This document shows, in pieces, positions 24,426-31,778 of a stretch of DNA of 31,778 nucleotides (the first letter of the stretch is position 1; each line of letters opens with the position of its first letter). Below the pieces are notes generated by a model, which worked only from the letters and a program-made list of their open reading frames with translations, ran no database searches and was not told the DNA's origin. Position numbers and translations under genes: made by a program. The DNA lies in IMG/VR virus record IMGVR_UViG_3300050196_000172, positions 1-31,778 of that record; one strand, written 5' to 3'. Source of the stretch: a virus (lineage: Duplodnaviria; Caudoviricetes).

Positions 24426-24860
24426 CTACGTCCGTGCCGGAGCTACTGACTGCCATGTGATGGTAAATGATTGCGGTTGTAGGATCTTCTTGACGCCAGG
24501 AACGATGCTGGTTGATGTCAAAAAACCACGGGTCAGTGAGTAACTTTTCCCAGTGGCTGGCAACAGAATTGAGCCATTGAAAATGTATGTTTCCTGCGCT
24601 GTTCTCATTGCGGATACAATCGTTTCCATAGTGTCAATTGATGTTGAGTCAGCCTGTAAAACAAACGTCTGTACGACCGGGTTATAAACGTAACCACCGG
24701 ACAATTTACCGTCAATGCCAGCGGCTGTTTCCGCCATAGTCACTTGATCGGTACTGATTACATCATCCGCGCTGAACCCAGACAGTTGCTGCGGGATGCT
24801 GAACAAATCAGGCAGTGATAGCGTGATAACTGAGTTCGCGGCTGTGAGTGTACGTGACAT
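24426..24860 (-). CDS. Tail tube protein
   Basis: RTLTAANS...QL.GFSADD...G.DGKLSGG...LQADS.S motifs; follows the sheath gene. Confidence 0.88.
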   Translation of the reverse strand: MSRTLTAANSVITLSLPDLFSIPQQLSGFSADDVISTDQVTMAETAAGIDGKLSGGYVYNPVVQTFVLQADSTSIDTMETIVSAMRTAQETYIFNGSILLPATGKSYSLTRGFLTSTSIVPGVKKILQPQSFTITWQSVAPART

Positions 24861-24871
24861 ATTTTATCTCC

Positions 24872-26398
24872 TTACATCACACAGATGGAATCAACGGTGA
24901 TGGATTGCACTGAGCCGCCATCGGTATACCAGAAGTTGATCACTGGCGTGCCACGCTGTGCACGAATAGTTGCGCCAGGATCGAGGATCTGCAAATACCA
25001 ACCCTGTGATTCAATAGTTGATGAAATATCAGATCCTGCTGCGGTAGTGATTTCTACCACTTGTGCATCAGACAATGTAACGCCAGTCCGTATTGCGCCG
25101 AAATCGAGCATATCTTCAATCACATCTTTCATCGCCGCGCGAATCATTTCGTAACCAGAGTCATTGTATGGGATTGATTTCATGTTGGTTAGCAAATCCA
25201 TCAATGCGGTCTGGAATGCGGAATTGTAATAAACCTGGTTGATGAATGTGTCAAACCACAGCCATGTTCCGCTCATCTGTCCGTTGTACAGAAAAGTGAA
25301 ATCATCGTTTCGAGTCGCATATTTCCCAATGTAGCTGTAACCGTTTGCCAGCAGATTCACTGATGTCGTATCGGTATCGCAAGTCGGTACAATACCCGAT
25401 TGTGTTTTAAATGCACCAGTGATTCGGCCATTTTCACGACTGAAATCGATTGAGGCGGCAACAGCCAGACAGAACACGGCGGCCTGCATTGCTGCGGTTG
25501 CCAGCGTAGTTCCGTTTGCAATTGCAGTTGCGGAATACCCACTGATTGGCATTGTGCCCTCGTATTCCAGATCCATGACCTGATAACCGAACGTAGTCGT
25601 TGCTGGATTTGTTGTTGCAGCCAGAACGTCACTATCCCATCCGACATAGGCATACTGTTTGGATTGATTGTTGGCCCAGACAGAAAACAGCAGTTTTGTT
25701 GCTGTATCGGGTTCAAAAGTTGTAGTGAACGTTGCCCAGTTCTTTGTGTTTGCTGTGACATTATTCATGGCTGTCGTTGGGGTATCAACAGCGGAGCCCT
25801 GTGACAGCACCGCACCGGTTGCAGCTGTCAGCATCAATGATGCCGCCGTGGTGCCGGAAGCCACGGTGATTGTTGAGGCGGTGCCAGTGGTAAGTGACAG
25901 GATCTGGAAGCACGACAAAGTGCTATTCCATACCACCTGCCCAGCAGACAGACTCAATGCCGTGATCATGAGTGATGCTGCATTACTGAATGACGTTGCG
26001 GTTGCCAGATTCAGCGCTGATGCTGTTTTAGCTACTCCGTCAATAGTCACGGTCAATGTGCCGCTGATCGCTTGCAATTGCGTCAATGTCATTCCAGACA
26101 ATGAGCCACCCAGCAACCATGCAGATCGAGCTGCGGCGGCGTATGGGGCAAAAATCAGTGATGACGGGTACATGGAGCAATTCGTGAAGCCATTGAAGTA
26201 GATCGATGCCAATGTGTATTGAGTAGATGAAGTCCCGAAATAATCACCAACTGCGGATGCTGATGAAAATGATTTCACCGCCCCAACTGGTAACAAATCG
26301 GATTGATCGACCAAAACACCATTGAGCACCAAATTTGAGCTGCCAGCGGAAACAACGCTGGGAACCATGGAAACAATTTTGGATGCTGAAATAGCCAT
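24872..26398 (-). CDS. Tail sheath protein (DUF3383 family)
   Basis: MAISASKIV...P.V, NWATF, SIPYN..GY..I, FWYTDGGSVQ motifs. Confidence 0.92.
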   Translation of the reverse strand: MAISASKIVSMVPSVVSAGSSNLVLNGVLVDQSDLLPVGAVKSFSSASAVGDYFGTSSTQYTLASIYFNGFTNCSMYPSSLIFAPYAAAARSAWLLGGSLSGMTLTQLQAISGTLTVTIDGVAKTASALNLATATSFSNAASLMITALSLSAGQVVWNSTLSCFQILSLTTGTASTITVASGTTAASLMLTAATGAVLSQGSAVDTPTTAMNNVTANTKNWATFTTTFEPDTATKLLFSVWANNQSKQYAYVGWDSDVLAATTNPATTTFGYQVMDLEYEGTMPISGYSATAIANGTTLATAAMQAAVFCLAVAASIDFSRENGRITGAFKTQSGIVPTCDTDTTSVNLLANGYSYIGKYATRNDDFTFLYNGQMSGTWLWFDTFINQVYYNSAFQTALMDLLTNMKSIPYNDSGYEMIRAAMKDVIEDMLDFGAIRTGVTLSDAQVVEITTAAGSDISSTIESQGWYLQILDPGATIRAQRGTPVINFWYTDGGSVQSITVDSICVM

Positions 26399-26443
26399 TT
26401 CTTAGCCCTTCTGAGTTTGAACAAACAAAACAATCATACCATT

Positions 26444-26980
26444 TTATGGCGCAGCTATCATGTCGACGGATATGGAGTCTGCAAACTCCTGTCCAGCAAG
26501 CGATAATGTGGTGTTTGCCTGCAAATTAACCTCGATCATCCAGTGGAATTGCGATTGCTGTTCACCGGAATTGAACGGTGATTGATGTGGATCTATGCAA
26601 TACATTGGCTGGATATCGTGCCCAAGATTTTTAAAATACGCTGTCGCATAATCAGAGCGAAAATAAGTAGTGATTGCTGCTGAATTGTCATAGCTGCTAT
26701 TGCCGATCACGTCGACCTGAACTGTGAATTGATACGGCACGTAATCATAGCGCTGTGAATCCACATTCGTGAATGTACCGTCAAAATATGATGTTTTGTT
26801 GGTAGATAATCGCTTCCGGAATAATGGCGTCATGACTACGAAATCGGTATCTGTCGGCGGGGCAACACGGTTATCCTGCCCTTTGATAACTGGTATACCA
26901 TCTGGCAACACTGAAAGCAGAAATGAGCGCAAATCAATGAAGATTTGATCTTCGGATAGACTAATGACCGGTTTGCTCAT
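26444..26980 (-). CDS. Neck/tail terminator-like protein
   Basis: GQDNRV..P, R.RLSTN, QVD..G motifs; start MSKPV at 26980 with ATGA coupling. Confidence 0.8.
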   Translation of the reverse strand: MSKPVISLSEDQIFIDLRSFLLSVLPDGIPVIKGQDNRVAPPTDTDFVVMTPLFRKRLSTNKTSYFDGTFTNVDSQRYDYVPYQFTVQVDVIGNSSYDNSAAITTYFRSDYATAYFKNLGHDIQPMYCIDPHQSPFNSGEQQSQFHWMIEVNLQANTTLSLAGQEFADSISVDMIAAP

Positions 26981-27357
26981 GATAGTTGTCGAACCCCCAG
27001 AACCTTTGTCCACCCACTGGTTGGATCCCAGTTTTCCAAGATCCTTGTGGCCAGCCAGATGGTTGAATCAGACAGGGTGATCAAGTCGCCACCTGTGCCA
27101 TCTGTACGCGATACTGCTCGGATTGCACCATTCACATACATGGAACACAATTCACCCTGAATATTTAGACCTTCGATCTGCTTTAGATCGTCCTCGGATA
27201 GCGCCTGCCGTTGTACTTTTACGCCTGTGTCAGTGATGTATGCTGGCGTTCTCGTGCCGTCTGATGCGGTTGTATATCCATCTGAATGCCGAATAGTTGC
27301 CGTCATCATTGGGTTTACTGCGCTGATGACATTGGTCACAATGTTGTGTAGGTTCAT
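26977..27357 (-). CDS. Head-tail joining/stopper-like protein
   Basis: MNLH.IV...I..VNP, Q.L...DL....GLNIQG, GGD, W....E.W motifs. Confidence 0.8.
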   Translation of the reverse strand: MNLHNIVTNVISAVNPMMTATIRHSDGYTTASDGTRTPAYITDTGVKVQRQALSEDDLKQIEGLNIQGELCSMYVNGAIRAVSRTDGTGGDLITLSDSTIWLATRILENWDPTSGWTKVLGVRQLS

Positions 27358-27905
27358 AGTTTTTTCACCACATGATTGACTGCCAGCAGCATGGTTTTTG
27401 TGTCTTCCAGTGGCTTTGTCGATACACCGCCAGTTGATTCACCATCCCGCACCCGCTGCGCGGCTATTCCCACCGTCTTCCCTGTCACCGTCAGGTTTGG
27501 ATCCTCGGCTCGCATTTTACGCAGCATCAGTGTGACAGGTGATAGCGCAGGGGCCATGACACCGATGATCGAGTCCTGCAATTCACCCTCGATTTGCTGG
27601 CCCATAAATTCCAGCGCCATTTCAGCGTTGTAATTGAATGCCTTTAGTGCTTTGGCAAGTTGCGGCCCCCAGTCATCTGAATTTTTCTTGATCATGGGGC
27701 GGAAGAACGGTCTGGCTGGAATTCTTTTTGCGGGAGCCCCGAACTCTTGGATCGCCGCAACGTAAGCCACTGGCGTCCCATCTGGGTAGGTAGCACCTTC
27801 GGGAAACCCGACTTGCAGCACGGCACCAGAGCTGATTTTTTTTGACAGCTCTTTCAGATATGCTTCCAGCTTTTCACCGCCTTCAAGGCTAATACCGTCT
27901 GCCAT
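27354..27905 (-). CDS. Tail completion/neck protein
   Basis: VGF..GATYPDGT.VA.VAA..EFG.....IPARPFFR, KPL.DT..ML motifs; start MADG at 27905. Confidence 0.82.
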   Translation of the reverse strand: MADGISLEGGEKLEAYLKELSKKISSGAVLQVGFPEGATYPDGTPVAYVAAIQEFGAPAKRIPARPFFRPMIKKNSDDWGPQLAKALKAFNYNAEMALEFMGQQIEGELQDSIIGVMAPALSPVTLMLRKMRAEDPNLTVTGKTVGIAAQRVRDGESTGGVSTKPLEDTKTMLLAVNHVVKKL

Positions 27906-28326
27906 AATTGATCTCGAATGGGTCAACAACACGGGGGTTTCCCTGAGTGTAGCGAAACCGGCGGAAAACAGACGTTGCCTGCCAGTATTGGAAACCGTAT
28001 CTGGTCTGGGCGAACCATTGGGCGGAGCCTGGCAACAGATTCAAATCTGTCCCGACAGAAACAGAACCCTCAGATGCATTCGAGATGTGACCGACAATAT
28101 CGGACGGCGCGATCCCGTTGATCGTGGCGTTTAGTTTTGCGATGTGGGCAGTGACAAGGTTCAAAAGCATAGCCCGAATTGTCACATCGGTTACTTCTGA
28201 TGCGTCCGTGTTATCGCAATATAAACCAGCTTCATTGAAATACAGTTGAGCCAGTGCAGAGGACACGCCAGATAATTCTGGGAACCGTATCACCCATGTT
28301 GAATAATCAAAAGTAACCGTCGCCAT
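27889..28326 (-). CDS. Head-tail adaptor (DUF4054)
   Basis: FPEL, LL.L.TAHIA.L, VG.ISNASEGSVSV, WF.QT.YG..YWQAT motifs. Confidence 0.88.
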   Translation of the reverse strand: MATVTFDYSTWVIRFPELSGVSSALAQLYFNEAGLYCDNTDASEVTDVTIRAMLLNLVTAHIAKLNATINGIAPSDIVGHISNASEGSVSVGTDLNLLPGSAQWFAQTRYGFQYWQATSVFRRFRYTQGNPRVVDPFEINYGRRY

Positions 28327-28335
28327 ATTTCCGCC

Positions 28336-28758
28336 CTATTGTTGGAATTGTTCCAAATTTCTTGGCATTTTCGTAGGATCAAGGCGCTCAAAACCAGACG
28401 TGATTTTCGTTTTTTCATTGGTTTCATCACGCGCACTGGCTTCCTGAACATGAGCAAAAATCAGATTGTTTGCCACAACCATGGAATCTTTATTCTGTTC
28501 CAGCCAAACATCCCACAAATCTTTTGGCACGCCAGTGGTGAAAGCATAACCACCATTGATCATATGTAATGGAGCTTTATCCTGCGGATGTGCGTTACCA
28601 TTTACTTTATGTCGGGCATATTCTCGCGCAACTTTTACAGTACGAAACCCGCCACCAGAAATGGGCTCGGCTGTATCTTCCATCCGAAACACGCGCAAAA
28701 CCAATCCGTGAGGTAATTTACAGCAAACCGTGACTGTTTCTTTTGATGTTGATGCCAT
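28336..28758 (-). CDS. Conserved head-region protein downstream of the major capsid gene
   Basis: VCCKLPHGL.L, GGY..T.GV..D.W..W, G.E.LDP motifs; synteny. Confidence 0.75.
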   Translation of the reverse strand: MASTSKETVTVCCKLPHGLVLRVFRMEDTAEPISGGGFRTVKVAREYARHKVNGNAHPQDKAPLHMINGGYAFTTGVPKDLWDVWLEQNKDSMVVANNLIFAHVQEASARDETNEKTKITSGFERLDPTKMPRNLEQFQQ

Positions 28759-28799
28759 TGCATTGACTCCATTTTTTTAATCAGTTTTTAGAATACCAT

Positions 28800-28826
28800 A
28801 AAAAAAGGGGCTGGAATGCCCCTTTT
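28800..28826 (-). terminator. Rho-independent terminator after the major capsid gene
   Basis: Minus strand AAAAGGGGC-attcca-GCCCCTTTTTT. Confidence 0.88.
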
Positions 28827-28840
28827 GTATTCAATTTGCT

Positions 28841-29908
28841 TTACACGCCAATCATCTGCGAGATCAAGAACGGCTGACGGATAACCGCGCCATAAGAACC
28901 CTGCGCCATTTTTTGCTTGTAGCTGGACAGGTCGCGGATAACCGCACCACCCCGAAGTTTTTCGTTAAATGCGCAGTAGCCAACTTCCTGACCTTCAACT
29001 TCTGCCACGATCAGCTGAACCACTTCACCAGCTGCTGAACCTTCCGGATTCTGGCTTGATACCGCGCCGTATTGAACTGCGGTAACCACTTCCAGATTCG
29101 GGAAGTTCTTCTTCAACAAATCTTCAACATTGACGTTGAACTGGTTGGTTGCAGTCAGAGCAGTTGCTGACAGTGGAGACATACACAATTTCATGCGTGA
29201 TTTTTTATCAACCAAACCTGATGATTGTGAAACCACTTGAGCGAACAGAGTTGTGCAATCAGCATAGACTTCATTTGCTGAGGCGGTGATTGCGCCATTG
29301 GTGATCCAGTTTACATTGCCGTAAGTTTTCACCGCTGGGGCAATTGGTGCAAACAGATTTGGATCATTCAGCAGACCGTAGTTTTGCAGTCCTGAAACAC
29401 CATAGAAGTAAGTTTTATTCTGGTATTTATTCAGAATATTTACTGCTGCTTCTTTTTTCTGAGCTGCCCAACCGATTTTTGCCAGACCAGCACGTTCCAG
29501 CTCCAGATCGCCGTATTGCACGATGGTCTGATACAGATAAGACTGGCGCTGCGGATAGTTCACGTTTACCTGAACCTGACCGTTGTTGTTGTAATCACCA
29601 TAACTGGAAACATCACCAGCCTGTTCAACAACCGGGAACATTGCCACGATATCAGCGAATGAGCCTTTGCGCACTTCACCCAGGATTTCTGTTGCTGCAT
29701 TTTTTGCTGTTGCAACAACCAGAAGTTGCGGATCAACAAACGTTGCCAGAAATGCAGGAATGCCGTTTGATGCAGTAGTAACCAGAGCTGGCTGCGCATC
29801 CATTGCCACGTTGTAATTTCGCGCATATTCGGGACGCAGCAATTGCTGCGCACCATCCAGACTGATCCCCCAGTCGCGTTCGAGAATTGTCAGTTTAGGA
29901 TCTTTCAT
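28841..29908 (-). CDS. Major capsid protein (DUF2184 type)
   Basis: AMDAQP.L.T..SNGIP, YGD..N.G, GLQNYGLLNDP.L, G..GAVIRQP motifs. Confidence 0.92.
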   Translation of the reverse strand: MKDPKLTILERDWGISLDGAQQLLRPEYARNYNVAMDAQPALVTTASNGIPAFLATFVDPQLLVVATAKNAATEILGEVRKGSFADIVAMFPVVEQAGDVSSYGDYNNNGQVQVNVNYPQRQSYLYQTIVQYGDLELERAGLAKIGWAAQKKEAAVNILNKYQNKTYFYGVSGLQNYGLLNDPNLFAPIAPAVKTYGNVNWITNGAITASANEVYADCTTLFAQVVSQSSGLVDKKSRMKLCMSPLSATALTATNQFNVNVEDLLKKNFPNLEVVTAVQYGAVSSQNPEGSAAGEVVQLIVAEVEGQEVGYCAFNEKLRGGAVIRDLSSYKQKMAQGSYGAVIRQPFLISQMIGV

Positions 29909-29914
29909 CGTCTA

Positions 29915-31036
29915 TTATCCCAATTTGTTAGCGGTCATTTTGACCAATTCGCCAGATGCCACGGATTCAGGGGAACCGCTGATCCATTTAGTTGCTACGC
30001 CTGCCAGTACAGTGATTGTTTCTGATGCCACTGTCTGTGAAACGGACACATAATAAGTGCCAGTGCCGCCGGTACCAGTACCGAATGCAGTGATGTATGT
30101 GCCAGCAGTCAGAGTACCCGCATCAGTCAGAACCTGACCAACGGCCAGTGAGCCAGATGCTACAGCGGTCACAGTCAGTACGCCCAGTGACGGAACGGTG
30201 ATCGTGCCTGATGCAACAGTCTGCGATACAGATACAACGTATGTGCCAGTGCTGCCAGTGCCAGTACCGAGCGCCAGAATCACGCAAGCGGTGCCTGAGC
30301 TGGAAACGGTCATACCGACAGCCAGAGAACCGGTTGCAACTGCGGTAACGGTTAAACCGCCACCATTGAATGTCAATGCAGTGCTTGCCACTGTCTGAGA
30401 CACAGAAACCTGATAAGTCCCTACACCACCAGCAGTACCTGTTAACTGGGAAACGATAGTGGTTGCCGAATCAACGCCAGTGCCTGAGATTGACAGGCCT
30501 TTACCCAACACCGTGCCGGTGCCAATAGCAGTTACTGTCAGGGTGGTACCAGCGATAGAGCCAGTTGCAGTATTGACGGCGATGGAGCCAGTTGCGGAAA
30601 TAACAGCAATTGAACCGGTCACTGATGCAGCTGTTGGGGCGGAAGTACCGAACACAACACCACCGTCAGCATATCGAGCATATGCAGTCATACCCAGAGT
30701 TGCAGAAGCTGAGCCGAGCTGTTTCACCCAGATATCTGCATTGGTGAACACGGTTACAGGTTGACCGACTGGGATGATTTGGGTGGAATCACCGAGGAAC
30801 GCAGTGATAAAACCTTGCATGCCACGAGCCACGATCCCCAGTGGTACTCCCGCCCCATAGTTGTTCACTGAAACACCATCAGAAGCCAGCCAAACAAACT
30901 TGCCAGCTGCAACACCATTTGTTCCGGCGATGTACTGACCTTTACCAGCAAGCGCAGTCATGCGTGGGTTATCTGATGCAAAAGCACCTTCGACACCCAG
31001 CGCCTGTACGCCATTGACACGATTTGGAAAACCCAT
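29915..31036 (-). CDS. Capsid cement/decoration protein with three inserted beta repeats
   Basis: GF...VN...A.GVEG.FAS.NP N-terminus and GELVK C-terminus; three LTVTA...[12 protein letters not shown] units. Confidence 0.82.
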   Translation of the reverse strand: MGFPNRVNGVQALGVEGAFASDNPRMTALAGKGQYIAGTNGVAAGKFVWLASDGVSVNNYGAGVPLGIVARGMQGFITAFLGDSTQIIPVGQPVTVFTNADIWVKQLGSASATLGMTAYARYADGGVVFGTSAPTAASVTGSIAVISATGSIAVNTATGSIAGTTLTVTAIGTGTVLGKGLSISGTGVDSATTIVSQLTGTAGGVGTYQVSVSQTVASTALTFNGGGLTVTAVATGSLAVGMTVSSSGTACVILALGTGTGSTGTYVVSVSQTVASGTITVPSLGVLTVTAVASGSLAVGQVLTDAGTLTAGTYITAFGTGTGGTGTYYVSVSQTVASETITVLAGVATKWISGSPESVASGELVKMTANKLG

Positions 31037-31050
31037 TTTTCAAACTCCCA

Positions 31051-31647
31051 TTACAATTGACGGATGCGGCCAGCGTCTGGAATTAATTTCAACAAATCGC
31101 TTTCCATTGCAGAATCAAATGCGATCGATTCTTTTGGTGCGCTATCGCGTTTTGGTTGTGCCATCAGAATAGCACGGTAGGCACTTGGATGCACACCAGC
31201 CACATCTACATGCATCAAGTCGAGGGCGGCCTTGTAGACGCCTTCTGCGCTGTCACAGGCGATGGCAATTTTACCAACGTATGATCGGACATCTTCTTTT
31301 GCGTCAGCGATGGCAGTGAAGCGTTTAATGGTGCTGGCTTCAACTTCTTTCAGTTTTTTGGACAGAAATGCTGCATCCATAGCTGGGGCTTTTTCGGCTT
31401 CCTTAGCTTTTTCTGGATCAACTTCTTCTTCATCACCAGCCAGAACCTGTTGTTCTGCCGCTTCTGCTTCTTCCTGCTTTTCAGCTGGTTTCAGCATTTC
31501 AGCGACTTTAGCCAGGATCTCAGGATCCAGTTTGTCTTTCAGAAATTCGACGACATCTGAAACTTCATCTTCTGCGGGGAGTTCGACTGGCGTGGTTTTG
31601 CCTTCCAGTTCTTCATCCTGCGCAATGGGTTTGTTTGGTTTTGGCAT
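31051..31647 (-). CDS. Putative nested scaffolding protein from an internal in-frame start
   Basis: GAGG RBS upstream of ATG 31647 (MPKPNK), right after the protease domain. Confidence 0.6.
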   Translation of the reverse strand: MPKPNKPIAQDEELEGKTTPVELPAEDEVSDVVEFLKDKLDPEILAKVAEMLKPAEKQEEAEAAEQQVLAGDEEEVDPEKAKEAEKAPAMDAAFLSKKLKEVEASTIKRFTAIADAKEDVRSYVGKIAIACDSAEGVYKAALDLMHVDVAGVHPSAYRAILMAQPKRDSAPKESIAFDSAMESDLLKLIPDAGRIRQL

Positions 31648-31778
31648 TGCTGTTTCCTCTGTTTTCAGTTTGGAGTCTGCCACTACGACATCAGAACCGG
31701 CCCGGCCTTCTGGCACAACGGCGACATGATTGCCTCTGATATTTCGCATTATACCATCATAATGCTCACCCTTAAAAT
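31051..31778 (-). CDS. DUF2213 prohead protease/scaffold, truncated at its 5' end by the window edge
   Basis: Frame open to the edge: ...[31 protein letters not shown], followed by an acidic scaffold region. Confidence 0.88.
   Translation of the reverse strand, partial: FKGEHYDGIMRNIRGNHVAVVPEGRAGSDVVVADSKLKTEETAMPKPNKPIAQDEELEGKTTPVELPAEDEVSDVVEFLKDKLDPEILAKVAEMLKPAEKQEEAEAAEQQVLAGDEEEVDPEKAKEAEKAPAMDAAFLSKKLKEVEASTIKRFTAIADAKEDVRSYVGKIAIACDSAEGVYKAALDLMHVDVAGVHPSAYRAILMAQPKRDSAPKESIAFDSAMESDLLKLIPDAGRIRQL

Noticed and set aside
1-31778. tRNA genes, integrase/att sites, IS elements, introns/inteins, stop-codon recoding
   Set aside because: None were recognisable by eye and core genes are intact in the standard code. 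Temperate versus lytic lifestyle cannot be decided from this window.

Overview
This window is a ~32 kb segment of a tailed dsDNA phage or prophage with a contractile tail, resembling the Bcep781/Aaphi23/PY100/Obolenskvirus type of structural module. The host is probably a gammaproteobacterium (spanins, sigma70-like promoters and an IHF consensus site). Most genes lie on the minus strand, in this order from right to left: DUF2213 protease/scaffold (truncated by the window edge), cement protein, DUF2184 major capsid, head-tail connectors, DUF3383 sheath, tube, tail chaperones, tape measure with a lysozyme-like domain, baseplate, Gly-rich tail fibre, beta-helix protein, lysis cassette, RdgC, an SGNH-esterase accessory cluster and many small early-type ORFs. 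Three plus-strand cassettes interrupt this order: one of small ORFs, one with RHH + Dam-like methylase + dUTPase beside a palindromic iteron/IHF origin-like element, and one with Rha-ANT + macrodomain. The most notable signals are a self-contained DUF6948-like + (D/N/Y-Gly)20 micropeptide unit, a -1 frameshift with a candidate pseudoknot, the symmetric origin-like element, nested repeats in the cement protein, and two putative head-spike base+fibre pairs. All family assignments come from motif recognition by eye; no database searches were run.
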